A DNA stretch of 64,000 bases, taken from contig CAZXNM010000006.1 of NCBI GenBank assembly GCA_964641955.1, positions 74,556 through 138,555 on the forward strand, in the 5' to 3' direction. The notes beneath the pieces were generated by a model. The model searched no databases, had not been told where the DNA came from, and saw nothing but the letters and a program-made list of their open reading frames with translations. Positions 17,514 through 26,703 of this stretch are shown one piece after another; the stretch's first letter is position 1, and each line of letters starts with the position of its first letter. This DNA comes from an uncultured Planctomycetota bacterium. Lineage in GTDB: Bacteria; Planctomycetota; SKW154; DAOVDS01. The translations under genes were made by a program, and so were the position numbers.

Positions 17514-18190
17514 TCAAGAAGCAGCTTCCCCACTCGCGGTCTTCTCAAGCTCCCGGGGATTCGCGACTCGTATCGACGCGCCATCAACCTCAATCAGGCC
17601 CCGCGCCTGCAGCACGCCGAGCGCGCGAGAAAGCGTCTCCGGCTGTGTGCCGAGTTGCGCGGCAAGCTCACGCTTCGTTATGGCGAGGCGCATCCTGCCC
17701 TCGCCGTCCGCCGGAGCGTTCAGCAGGTATTCGGCCAGCCGCGCCGGGACCTCCCGCAGCGCAAGCTGCTCCACGAGCCTCGCAAACCGCCGCAGGTAGC
17801 CCGCCATCGCGGCGAGCATGTGCAGCGCAAGCTCGGGATTAGCCGCAATTTCCGCTCGAAACCTCTCGGCCGGGAAAAAGACCGCCCTGCTCGCTGCGAG
17901 CGCTCTCGCAAACGCCGGGTACTTGCCGCCAGCGAAGACCGCCGCTTCGCCGAATATCTCGCCCGCAGATACGACATGGAGTATCTGTTCCTTGCCGGCT
18001 GGCGAGAGCTTGTATATCTTCGCCCTGCCTTCCGTAAGAAGGTAGAAGCCTCTCGCCTCGTTGCCCTCGCTGAAGATAAGCTCATACTTCGCGAAGGTGC
18101 GGCCGACTGCGGTCTCGGCCAAACGGTTTACATCTTTCTCCGGCAGGCTACCGAAGAGGTGGCTTTTCGCAATTTCGTCCGCTGTGCTCA
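17514..18190 (-). CDS. Crp/Fnr-family transcriptional regulator (cNMP-binding domain + C-terminal HTH)
   Basis: 'GEIFGEAAVFAGGKYPAFARALAASRAVFF' is a cNMP-binding beta-roll. HTH 'TKRELAAQLGTQPETLSRALGVLQARGLIE'. ATG at 18190 ('MSTADEIAKSHLFGSLPEKD'). Confidence 0.75.
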
Positions 18191-18295
18191 TTAGGCAGGC
18201 TACTACTCCATTACTACTGAAATTGTGGATTCGTGTTTGGATAACTTCTACGAAGCATGTGTAACTCAACTGCTATTTTCAAAAGTGGCAAGCCA

Positions 18296-18805
18296 CTACC
18301 TTATCCGGCGGGACTCGAACCGCAACTGGTGGCAATGGCAGATAGCGCATGCCAGCGCGTCGGAGGCGTCGGTCGGCTTCGGGACTTCACGCAGCCCGAG
18401 CTGCAGCCGCACCATCTTCTGCACCTGCGTCTTGTGCGCTCCGCCGGCGCCGGTCACACTTTTCTTTATGCGCGTGGCAGCATACTCGACCACCGGCACA
18501 TCGCTTACAGCCGCCGCAAGCAGCGCGACTCCCCGTCCTTCGCCCGTTTTAATCGCGCTCTTGGCGCTCTTGGCGTGAAATATCTGTTCTACGACGCAGA
18601 CATCCGGCTTGTACGCCTTGATTGCCTCGGCAAGCCCCTCGTATATGGTGCGCAGCCGCTGCGGGTAGCTGTCGTTCTTGCGCACGTCGAACGCGCCGTG
18701 CGCCACGTGCACGAGGTCGCCGCCCTTGAGGTCCACGACCCCGTAGCCCACGACCCGCGTGCCCGGGTCTATCCCCATGATTCTCACAGCCACTGCTGCC
18801 TCCAC
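18296..18805 (-). CDS. ruvC: Crossover junction endodeoxyribonuclease RuvC
   Basis: 'RIMGIDPGTRVVGYGVVD' (catalytic Asp in GIDPG), '...VVEQIFHAKSAKSAIKTGEGRG...' typical RuvC. No ruvA/ruvB adjacent. Confidence 0.85.
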   Translation of the reverse strand: MEAAVAVRIMGIDPGTRVVGYGVVDLKGGDLVHVAHGAFDVRKNDSYPQRLRTIYEGLAEAIKAYKPDVCVVEQIFHAKSAKSAIKTGEGRGVALLAAAVSDVPVVEYAATRIKKSVTGAGGAHKTQVQKMVRLQLGLREVPKPTDASDALACAICHCHQLRFESRRIR

Positions 18806-18959
18806 ACCCGCTTCAAACCGTCATGATACCATATTTCCCGGCAGACGGCAACATTGATGTTGATGCATAAAGGCGGTGATGGTTTTATAATATTTACGCC
18901 GGTGCCTCGTCTAACACTCCGGGGAGTTTGTATGCCTCGTACCGGCTGAAAGGAAGACC

Positions 18960-20612
18960 TTGAGTAACTTCAGGCAAAAAATCGTTCTTGCTGTACTAGC
19001 GACTTTATACCTTGCGCTCTGCGGGTGTAGCATTCTGGGTTACTCCGGGCAAAGACATCAGCGCAATGTCATTTACGTAGATGGCGAACGAGGAAGTGAC
19101 AGTAATACCGGCAAATCCCGCGAGAATGCCGTCAGTACAATCGGAAAAGGCCTGGAGCTTGCCCGGGACGGTGACACAATCCTCATGGCGGACGGCATTT
19201 ACAGCGGCGAGGGCAATAGGAACCTCGACTTTCGCGGCAAGAAGGTGCGCCTGAAATCCGCCGGGGAACCCAGCAACTGCATAATCGATTCTACGAGAGA
19301 AGGCCGTGCGTTCCTCTTTCACAGCGGCGAGACAAGCAGTTCGGTCCTGGATGGATTCACAATCCGCAATGGATACTTCTTCCTGGGAGGTCCCGAGGAA
19401 TGGGGCGGTGAAGCGGATGCCTTCCGCTTCGGCGGCGGGATACTGATTCTCTACTCCAGCCCCACAATCAGGAACTGCATCATTGAAGGCAATGACTATG
19501 CCGGTATCCACTGCATCCGGGGCAACCCGCATATTGTCAGGTGCACCCTGCGGAACAACGAGGGGCAGTACGGCGGTGGAATCCACATGTGCAGGTCCTG
19601 GCCCGTAATAGAGGATTGCACCATAGTGAGCAACTTCGCCGACGACGGCGGGGGTATCGGCTGCACCCACGACTCGAAGCCGCTTATCAGGAACTGCCTT
19701 ATCGCGCACAATGACGTAAGCTATGGAGGCGCGGGCATTTGCTGTCATGACAGCGCGCCGGCAATATCCGACTGCATCATCACCGGCAACAGGGCCAAAT
19801 GGAGCGACGGCACGAGCGGGGGCGGCATAGAATGCTGGTACTCCAAACCCACAATCACCGGCTGTCTTATCACAAACAACATAGCCATAGGATACGGCAA
19901 AGGCGGGGGAATCTCCTGTGTAAAGAATTCCGACGCGATGATAGACCGGTGCACTCTGCGGGGCAATTCGGCGAACATGGGAGATGCGATTATCTGCGAA
20001 CGCAACTCCTCGGCCAACGTGACGAACTCCCTTATTGTCGGCAACGGATCGCGTTACAGCCAGGGGGCAATCGTAGCAGATGAGAAGTCAAGCCTGACCC
20101 TCACCAACTGCGTCGTGGCTCAGAACGGCGGAGCAGTGCAATGCTGGCAGGGGTCCCGAGCCACCGTTGTCAATTGCACTGTGGCAATGAACACTACCGA
20201 CCAGGTTGGAGGAGGCCTGATGCTCTACGAATCGAGCATGCTCGTCTGCAACACGATAATCTGGGGCAACGAGGCGAAAAAAGGGGGCAATCAGATATCG
20301 ATAGGCGGCGACAAGTCGCAGCTTGTGCTCAAGCATTGCTGTTTCTCAAATGGGAAAGATGACGTCACAGGCAAGGAACCACTCGTGACCGAGAAGTGTC
20401 TCAACGCGAACCCCCTCATGCGGATGTACCCCAGCATTACGACCAGGTACGTTCTCAGGAAGGGCTCTCCCTGCATTGACGCGGGCGGGGACTCGCTTCT
20501 GCCTCCGGGCCTCAAGAAGGACCTGGGCAACAACCCAAGGGTTATTGATGGTGACAAAGACGGCAAGGCGAATGTTGATATCGGCGCTCACGAATACGTT
20601 CCGGCCAAGTAA
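18960..20612 (+). CDS. Secreted lipoprotein with right-handed parallel beta-helix repeats (pectate-lyase-fold, choice-of-anchor-type)
   Basis: TTG start after an AAGGAAG RBS. Lipobox 'LALCGCS'. 'DGDTILMADGIYSGEGNRNLDFRGKKVRLKSAG' then many 'GGGI...C..S.P.I..C' beta-helix rungs. C-terminal 'VDIGAHEY'. Confidence 0.7.
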   Translation: MSNFRQKIVLAVLATLYLALCGCSILGYSGQRHQRNVIYVDGERGSDSNTGKSRENAVSTIGKGLELARDGDTILMADGIYSGEGNRNLDFRGKKVRLKSAGEPSNCIIDSTREGRAFLFHSGETSSSVLDGFTIRNGYFFLGGPEEWGGEADAFRFGGGILILYSSPTIRNCIIEGNDYAGIHCIRGNPHIVRCTLRNNEGQYGGGIHMCRSWPVIEDCTIVSNFADDGGGIGCTHDSKPLIRNCLIAHNDVSYGGAGICCHDSAPAISDCIITGNRAKWSDGTSGGGIECWYSKPTITGCLITNNIAIGYGKGGGISCVKNSDAMIDRCTLRGNSANMGDAIICERNSSANVTNSLIVGNGSRYSQGAIVADEKSSLTLTNCVVAQNGGAVQCWQGSRATVVNCTVAMNTTDQVGGGLMLYESSMLVCNTIIWGNEAKKGGNQISIGGDKSQLVLKHCCFSNGKDDVTGKEPLVTEKCLNANPLMRMYPSITTRYVLRKGSPCIDAGGDSLLPPGLKKDLGNNPRVIDGDKDGKANVDIGAHEYVPAK

Positions 20613-20630
20613 AAGAATGGGGTAGGTGCT

Positions 20631-22301
20631 GTGTCAACCTGCGGGAAGCTGATAGTTCTGTCTGCTGCCTGCGTTCTGTTCTGCGGGTGTGTAACTTCCC
20701 GCCCCGTGACGATTTACGTCAACGGCGCCGCGGGTGACAATGGAGGAGACGGTCTGTCAGAAGCCTGCGCTCTAAAGACAATCCAGCGCGCCCTCAACCT
20801 CGCCGGGGATGGCGACACAATCCTCGTGGCGGACGGCATCTACAGCGGCGAGGGCAACAAGGACCTCGACTTTCGCGGCAAGAAGGTACACTTGAAGTCT
20901 GCCGGCGGGCCTGACAAATGCGTCATAGACTGCGAGAATGACGGCCGCGCATTCCTGTTTCACTGCAACGAGACGAAGGCCAGCGTGGTGGAAGGTTTCA
21001 CCCTCGCAAACGGCAATGTAAACAAGGGCCGCCCAACCACGACATTTGATTTTCTCCCTGATGGGGTCATGCGCGGCGGCGCAGTCCTGTGCATATGCTC
21101 CAGCCCCGCTATCAGAGACTGCACATTCAAGAACAATAGGGCGAACCGGGGCGGCGCTATATACTGTTACAAGTCCAGCCCCTCCGTATCCAACTGCCGC
21201 TTCAGGTCGAACAAAGCCAGTGAAGGTGCCGCCGTTTCCTGCGTGCAGGAATCAAGCGCCGTGATAACACAGTGCCTTGTGACTGAGAACGAGGGACGCA
21301 GCACAGCCATGGTGGCTGGAGGCTACGTTATCCACTGCCGCGGCGGCTCGAATGCCGTCATTACAGGCTGCACAATCGCTCGGAATCAAGGTGCAGGCAT
21401 TTGCAGCGCTGACTCCAGCCTGACAATCTCGGACTGCGAGGTATCAGGGTGCAGAGAAGACGAAGATGACCTCTGGGGTGCCGGAAGCACAAGCGGAATC
21501 GCCCTGAGCGGCGGCAGGACTCAACTGACAAGGTGCAAAGTCACGCACAATAGCGGCTGCGGCATTGCCCATCACGACGGAACCGCCAGGCTGACCGACT
21601 GTGTCGTGTCCAACAACGGCGAACATGGCGTTGAGGCGAGCAAATCCGAGTTGATAGTGAAAGACTGCAGGATAGAAGGTAACAGATACATAGGCGTGGA
21701 TTGCGGGAAATCAAATGTTGAGATTGTCAGCAGTATCGTCACCAACAGTTCTGAGTCTATTGGCATTTCTTTTAGCGATTCCAAGGGAAAAGTCGCCAAT
21801 TCCCTCATAAGCGGCAACAGGGAGCTTGGGATTGAGTGTGCCAATAGCAGTCAGATTGACGTTTTGAATTGCACCATAGCCGGCAACTCAGGGCCCCGCG
21901 GGCTCGGTGTCTGCTGCGGAGGCGACTGCCGGGTTACGGTGACCAATACCATCATCTGGGGCAATGCCGACCCCGAAGAGAATGAAGTCCACGCTGACAG
22001 AGGCGGCTCCCTGACTCTCAAGTACTGCCTTCTCAGAGAGTTTACAGACACCGTTTGGGAGACCAAACCCGGCGCTGGGGTGACACTCAGTGCGTGCCTG
22101 CACGCGGAGCCGCAGTTCCTGGACGCGGCCGGGGGCAACTACAGGCTCAAGCCCGGCTCGCCGGCAATCGATGCCGGGCTTAACTCATTCGCACCTCGGG
22201 GTGTAAAGACCGACCTGGATGGCAAGCCGAGGATTGTTGACAGCAACGGCGATAGCAAGGCGGTCGTTGACATAGGTGCCTACGAATACCACAGACGCTG
22301 A
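20631..22301 (+). CDS. Paralogous secreted beta-helix lipoprotein
   Basis: GTG start. Lipobox 'VLFCGCV'. 'DGDTILVADGIYSGEGNKDLDFRGKKVHLKSAG' is nearly identical to the upstream paralog motif. C-terminal 'VDIGAYEY'. Confidence 0.7.
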   Translation: MSTCGKLIVLSAACVLFCGCVTSRPVTIYVNGAAGDNGGDGLSEACALKTIQRALNLAGDGDTILVADGIYSGEGNKDLDFRGKKVHLKSAGGPDKCVIDCENDGRAFLFHCNETKASVVEGFTLANGNVNKGRPTTTFDFLPDGVMRGGAVLCICSSPAIRDCTFKNNRANRGGAIYCYKSSPSVSNCRFRSNKASEGAAVSCVQESSAVITQCLVTENEGRSTAMVAGGYVIHCRGGSNAVITGCTIARNQGAGICSADSSLTISDCEVSGCREDEDDLWGAGSTSGIALSGGRTQLTRCKVTHNSGCGIAHHDGTARLTDCVVSNNGEHGVEASKSELIVKDCRIEGNRYIGVDCGKSNVEIVSSIVTNSSESIGISFSDSKGKVANSLISGNRELGIECANSSQIDVLNCTIAGNSGPRGLGVCCGGDCRVTVTNTIIWGNADPEENEVHADRGGSLTLKYCLLREFTDTVWETKPGAGVTLSACLHAEPQFLDAAGGNYRLKPGSPAIDAGLNSFAPRGVKTDLDGKPRIVDSNGDSKAVVDIGAYEYHRR

Positions 22302-22372
22302 CACCACAGTCAGAATACGCAACTGCGACACACCGTTAGACTTCGCAGATTCCGAGGAGTTAAAGAAGCTTC

Positions 22373-23764
22373 TTATTGCCCACGGGGCGGTGCCGGGGGA
22401 GCGGGAGTGAGGCGCGTGAGGGCGAGGCCGAGGCCGAGGAGCGACCAGAAGATGGGGCTCGATGAGAGAGTCGAGAACGAGAACTGCTGCTGCGCGAGGT
22501 AAGACACGATGGCGACGATTATCGCCATTGCCGCAACCTTTTGATAGCCTTCAAGTTGCGACGACGCCCGCCACATGGTAATCAGGGACACGCCGACCGC
22601 AAGCAGGAAAGGCACGAGCGAGGCGAGGCCGCCTTCGTAGGCAATCTGCAGCAACAGGTTTTCCGGCTTGTCGGGCTTCGTGAACATCCTGCCCTCATAG
22701 CCGAACTCCGCCGGTTTAGGCATTTTTACAAAGCACATGGTGTCCGGCCCCCATCCGAACGCGGGCCGCTTCGCGATAAGCGGCAGGGTGGCGCGCCAGA
22801 TGTAGGTTCGCACACGAATAGTCGAGGAGCTTACCGGACCTTCGCCCGTGCCTTCGACAGCCCGAGCAACAAGCGAAGGCCGTCCGTTTGCAACTGCGGC
22901 CCTGTCAAATCCGATAGCACATGCTGCAAACACCACTGCGAGAGCAATTGCGCGCAAGCGCTGCACCGGCGCCCGCTTCAGGACAAGCACGACCGCGCAG
23001 GCAGTTCCCGCCGCGAGCCCGACCCAGGCACCGCGATGGTAGGTGGCGAGAATGCAGGTGAAGATAAGCCCCGCAACCGGCAGCCAGAGCCACGACACGC
23101 GCTGTTTCCCGCTTCTAGGGTAGAGAACGAAAAAAACGGGGAATGGCAGCACGAGCAGGAGGTAGGCGGCGAGGAAGCCGGGATTGCCGCTCGTCGCAAA
23201 GGCACGCCACCAGTCGAGCCTGACATGGTCTCGCGGCAGTGGGTCGAAGCCGAAGAACTGCAGCAGGCCGTAAACAGAGGCGATGCATGCTCCGAGCACG
23301 AGGCAGGACAGGACATTCTTGAGCTTGTGTTCAGTGTCCACGCAGTTAGAAAACAGAAAGAACGCAGCCGCGTACATGAGAAAGGCAAGGAATCCCTCGG
23401 AGCGGAACTGGCGGCCCCAGAAGGCCGTATCGGGCCAGGGAGACAGGGCCGTGGCGATGCTCAGAGATACGATGAAAGCTGCCACATAGAGAAAGACGGG
23501 GCTGAATTTCAGCAGATGGCGCTTTTCGGCAAGCATGCGCAGAAGCCAGAAGGCAGCCACAAAGCAGACAAGATAGAGCGCGATGGTCAGCTTGGGCTTG
23601 TAGTAAAAATCGTCAAAGAGACCCTCGAACTCTGCGCCTTTCGGCGAATACGCAAGCGGGACAAACGCGACGAAGAAGCAGAGGATAATCGTCAGCGCGC
23701 GTTCGGGGAATCGTATTAAGTCTGTAATACACGACTTTGCAGGCTGATTGTCGGTTTCTTCCAT
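22373..23764 (-). CDS. O-antigen ligase / Wzy_C-like polytopic membrane protein. Candidate pilin O-oligosaccharyltransferase (PglL/PilO-like) by context.
   Basis: ~12 hydrophobic TM segments with a large loop containing 'YHRGAWVGLAAG'. Position directly downstream of three pilin-like genes in the same orientation. Confidence 0.55.
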   Translation of the reverse strand: MEETDNQPAKSCITDLIRFPERALTIILCFFVAFVPLAYSPKGAEFEGLFDDFYYKPKLTIALYLVCFVAAFWLLRMLAEKRHLLKFSPVFLYVAAFIVSLSIATALSPWPDTAFWGRQFRSEGFLAFLMYAAAFFLFSNCVDTEHKLKNVLSCLVLGACIASVYGLLQFFGFDPLPRDHVRLDWWRAFATSGNPGFLAAYLLLVLPFPVFFVLYPRSGKQRVSWLWLPVAGLIFTCILATYHRGAWVGLAAGTACAVVLVLKRAPVQRLRAIALAVVFAACAIGFDRAAVANGRPSLVARAVEGTGEGPVSSSTIRVRTYIWRATLPLIAKRPAFGWGPDTMCFVKMPKPAEFGYEGRMFTKPDKPENLLLQIAYEGGLASLVPFLLAVGVSLITMWRASSQLEGYQKVAAMAIIVAIVSYLAQQQFSFSTLSSSPIFWSLLGLGLALTRLTPAPPAPPRGQ

Positions 23765-23833
23765 AACGGCAGGAGATGATAGAAGAAGGGATACGGGCTT
23801 TCAAGCTCGTATCCCCTTTATTTCGCACTCGTG

Positions 23834-24307
23834 CTACTTGGTTGACCTGTTGCTGGCGTTGCTGACGAAGATGCACTCTGGATTGTACTGAACGGTATCT
23901 GAGGCTGGGACATCGACATCTTCCGTCTGTGATGCCCCGATACTCCAGACTGCATACGTCGGTATATCGCCCGGGTTTACAGGCGCGAGATACTCGTACT
24001 GGTACGGAGGAGGATTCTTCGGGTCAGTGGTAGGCTGGTATGGGTCGCCCGGCCTTTCATCGAAGACGCGGGGACTCATCGCCAGCAGGGCTCCAACCCA
24101 GTCGCCGGAATCATCCGGGAAAGTGTTGTATTTAATGTAATACTGCCCGAGGGCCGCCTGTATCAGGCGTATGTCAGCCCTGACCTTCTTATTCTTCGTT
24201 TCCACCGTCACGCCGATAACCGAGGCGAGCACGATTGTTACCAGAATGCCGATGATGGCCAGCACCAGCAGCATTTCAACCAGTGTGAAGCCGCTGTTTC
24301 TCTCCAC
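23834..24307 (-). CDS. Prepilin-type N-terminal cleavage/methylation domain protein (GspG-like pseudopilin/pilin)
   Basis: GTG start with a GGAGG RBS. 'SGFTLVEMLLVLAIIGILVTIVLA' is a class III signal (G^FTLxE). C-terminal 'PPYQYEY'. Confidence 0.75.
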   Translation of the reverse strand: MERNSGFTLVEMLLVLAIIGILVTIVLASVIGVTVETKNKKVRADIRLIQAALGQYYIKYNTFPDDSGDWVGALLAMSPRVFDERPGDPYQPTTDPKNPPPYQYEYLAPVNPGDIPTYAVWSIGASQTEDVDVPASDTVQYNPECIFVSNASNRSTK

Positions 24308-24353
24308 TACTTCCTCCTTCTTCAGGAAGGTTCTCTGATTTCCCCGACCCCGC

Positions 24354-24842
24354 TTACGGCGAAACAGTCTTGCAGTTGCTCACGTACAGCTCAGCACCGC
24401 TCGCATCGGCAAGGTCATCAAACGGAACGCTGGGCGCCACCGCAGGCCCCTTGTCAGAGGAAATAATATAGAACTTCCCGCTGGCGCTGAGCGCGTAGTT
24501 ATACGTGTCCTTATCGCCTACACCAGTGAGCTCATAGGGGTCCGCCGGGAACGAGTCAATGAACCGGCTGTAAATTTCCGGTGCCGGACTCCCGGCCGGG
24601 GAGATAATGTAGCTGGCCGAAGTGCCCCAGGCGCCTGGCGAGCCGCCTTCTGGAGGATAGACCCCGAAGGCAATATAATAAACTTCAATAGCGCTCTTGA
24701 GAGTTCTCAGGTCGGCCTTGGCCGCCCTCATCTTGGCACCCTCGCCTACACCGCCAACCGACGGCAGTAGAATCGCCACCAGGAAGCCTATAATGGCGAC
24801 CACCAGCAGCATCTCAATCAGCGTAAAACCTTTCTCGCCCAT
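24354..24842 (-). CDS. Prepilin-type protein (GspG-like major pseudopilin/pilin)
   Basis: 'MGEKGFTLIEMLLVVAIIGFLVAILLPSV', then 'AKADLRTLKSAIEVYYIAFGVYPP' typical of GspG. Preceded (upstream, 24870-25114) by a ~245-bp AT-rich leader. Confidence 0.75.
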   Translation of the reverse strand: MGEKGFTLIEMLLVVAIIGFLVAILLPSVGGVGEGAKMRAAKADLRTLKSAIEVYYIAFGVYPPEGGSPGAWGTSASYIISPAGSPAPEIYSRFIDSFPADPYELTGVGDKDTYNYALSASGKFYIISSDKGPAVAPSVPFDDLADASGAELYVSNCKTVSP

Positions 24843-25114
24843 GTTCAAGCTCCTTTCTACCTGTACCAAACGCTCGAAAAGCCAATAACCAAATTAGTCC
24901 CCGAGCACCTCCCTTCATGATGTCGAAGGCATACGATGAGATTATACTGTCGCTACGTCCAATAGCATCTGTAACTATATCGTCATCTTGCGGAAAGTCA
25001 AGTCTTTATGCAAATTTGTGCAGAAGAAATCTTAAAAATTCCCTTTTATGCACTCAGGTTTCACGCACAAGACTCCGTGATGCAGGAAGAGGAGGTAAAA
25101 GGTCACTATCCAGA

Positions 25115-25492
25115 TTAATAGTCTTCACAGCCGGGTGTCTGCGAACGGACCTCGCCCGTGATGGGGTTGTAGACGTACTTCATGCCGAATGGGTCGCGTG
25201 GAGAGCCTGAGCTGTCCGTGCCGGGCACGATGAGAGTCATATTCCCGCCCAGACCCTTTTTCATGGCCTGTTGAAGCGTGGCCGGGTATGTAAGATTGTG
25301 GGCGTAAAAAAAATCGACCGTGCTGCGTATCTTGCCGAGTTCGGTCTTGAGCGCGAGTTCCTTCGCTTCCCTGCCGAAGCCGTAGAATCCGACAATGCAG
25401 AAAATGCCCAGGAATATTACGACGAGGATAACAAGCGTGAGTTCGTGAAGATTCTGGGAAACCAATGCGAACCCTCTCTCCGAGCTACCCAA
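25115..25492 (-). CDS. GspG-like pseudopilin with atypical N-terminus
   Basis: C-terminal 'DPFGMKYVYNPITGEV' matches the GspG 'DPWGxPYxY' motif. The N-terminus is 'RGFALVSQNLHELTLVILVVIFLGIFCIVGF' (G-F at cleavage position but polar SQNLHE before the hydrophobic core). Overlaps the gspF/pilC stop by 8 nt. Confidence 0.5.
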   Translation of the reverse strand: MGSSERGFALVSQNLHELTLVILVVIFLGIFCIVGFYGFGREAKELALKTELGKIRSTVDFFYAHNLTYPATLQQAMKKGLGGNMTLIVPGTDSSGSPRDPFGMKYVYNPITGEVRSQTPGCEDY

Positions 25493-26702
25493 TATTTTCG
25501 ACCACCGATATCATATTGAATATCGGCAGGAACAGGGAGAGGGCTATAATCGCAACCACGAAAGCGAGAAAAACAAGCAGAATCGGCTCAATTATCTTGG
25601 GCAGGGCCTTGCTCAGGTGGTCAATCTGCTGCTCGTATGAATCGCCCACGAAGCCGAGCATGTTGTCGAGCTGGCCGGTCTCTTCCCCGACGGCAACCAT
25701 CTGGGTCAGCATGGGCTCGAATTCGGGATGATCGCGCAAGGCCGACCCTATAGTGCGCCCGCCCTGGACTTCGTGCGACACGTCCGCTATCGCCCGCGTA
25801 TAGACCTCGTTGGTCATGGTCTCCCTTATTATCTGGAGCGCGGACACAACCGCCACTCCGCTCCGAGCCATAATCTCGAGGGAACGGGCGAAACGGACGG
25901 CGGCGACCTTCCTGATAAACTGGCTTATAATCGGCAGGCGCAGCTTGAAGCGGTCGATTGCGAGGCGTCCCGGCGGCGTGCGCTTGAGCAGGATGTAAAG
26001 GGCGACAAGACCTACCACAGCGGCAATGAGGATGTACCAGTAGTCTGTAACGAGAGTGCTCAAGGCAAACATGAACCTGGTGATGCCGGGAAGCTCTACC
26101 TTGGCGCGCTCGTATACCTTCTTGAACTCAGGAAGAACTCCCGTAAGCAGGAAGATAGATACGCCGAAGGCTATGCACAGGACGATTGCCGGGTACATGA
26201 GACTTGATATAACGGCGGAGCGCAGGGAGTCTTCCCACTCGATAAAATTCGCCATGCGGTCGAGCACTTCTTCGAGATTACCCGTCTCTTCCCCCACCTT
26301 GACGTTGGAGACATACAGCTTCGAGAACACCCGGGGGTGCCTGGCGAGCGCCTGAGTGAATGAAGAGCCTTCGTTCAGGTCGAGACGAACCTCCCGCAGC
26401 ACCTTGCACAGGGCGGGGTCGTCGGTCTGCTGGATGAGAACATCAAGGCCCGAAAGCAGGGGCAGGCCCGCCCGGACCATCGTGGCGAGCTGCCGCGTGA
26501 ACATGGTGAGCTGCCGGCGGCGCACGCCCCTCAGCCGGGAGACGTAGGATCCCCTCGCTCCCGTGGAATGGGGCTTGATTGACGTGGCATAGTAGCCGCT
26601 CTGCGCCAGACGCTGCGCCACGGACTTCTCGTCCGCCGCTTCGAGCATGCCCTCCACCTGCTCGCCGAGCGCATCTCTCGCCGTGTAAGTGTACTTGGGC
26701 AC
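25485..26702 (-). CDS. gspF: Type II secretion / type IV pilus inner-membrane platform protein (GspF/PilC family)
   Basis: GTG start 1 nt after the gspE stop. Two GspF repeats with 3 TM helices; 'KPHSTGARGSYVSRLRGVRRRQLTMFTRQLATMVRAGLPLL' is typical T2SSF. Could equally be called pilC. Confidence 0.85.
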   Translation of the reverse strand: MPKYTYTARDALGEQVEGMLEAADEKSVAQRLAQSGYYATSIKPHSTGARGSYVSRLRGVRRRQLTMFTRQLATMVRAGLPLLSGLDVLIQQTDDPALCKVLREVRLDLNEGSSFTQALARHPRVFSKLYVSNVKVGEETGNLEEVLDRMANFIEWEDSLRSAVISSLMYPAIVLCIAFGVSIFLLTGVLPEFKKVYERAKVELPGITRFMFALSTLVTDYWYILIAAVVGLVALYILLKRTPPGRLAIDRFKLRLPIISQFIRKVAAVRFARSLEIMARSGVAVVSALQIIRETMTNEVYTRAIADVSHEVQGGRTIGSALRDHPEFEPMLTQMVAVGEETGQLDNMLGFVGDSYEQQIDHLSKALPKIIEPILLVFLAFVVAIIALSLFLPIFNMISVVENIG

Positions 26703-26703
26703 T

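Noticed and set aside
18262-18300. tRNA-like T-arm sequence (reverse strand reads GCGGTTCGAGTCCCGCC) near the Crp/ruvC junction
   Set aside because: It lies inside the 3' end of the ruvC coding sequence (encodes ...ESRRIR*). No acceptor/D/anticodon arms can be folded around it. Coincidental GC-rich match.
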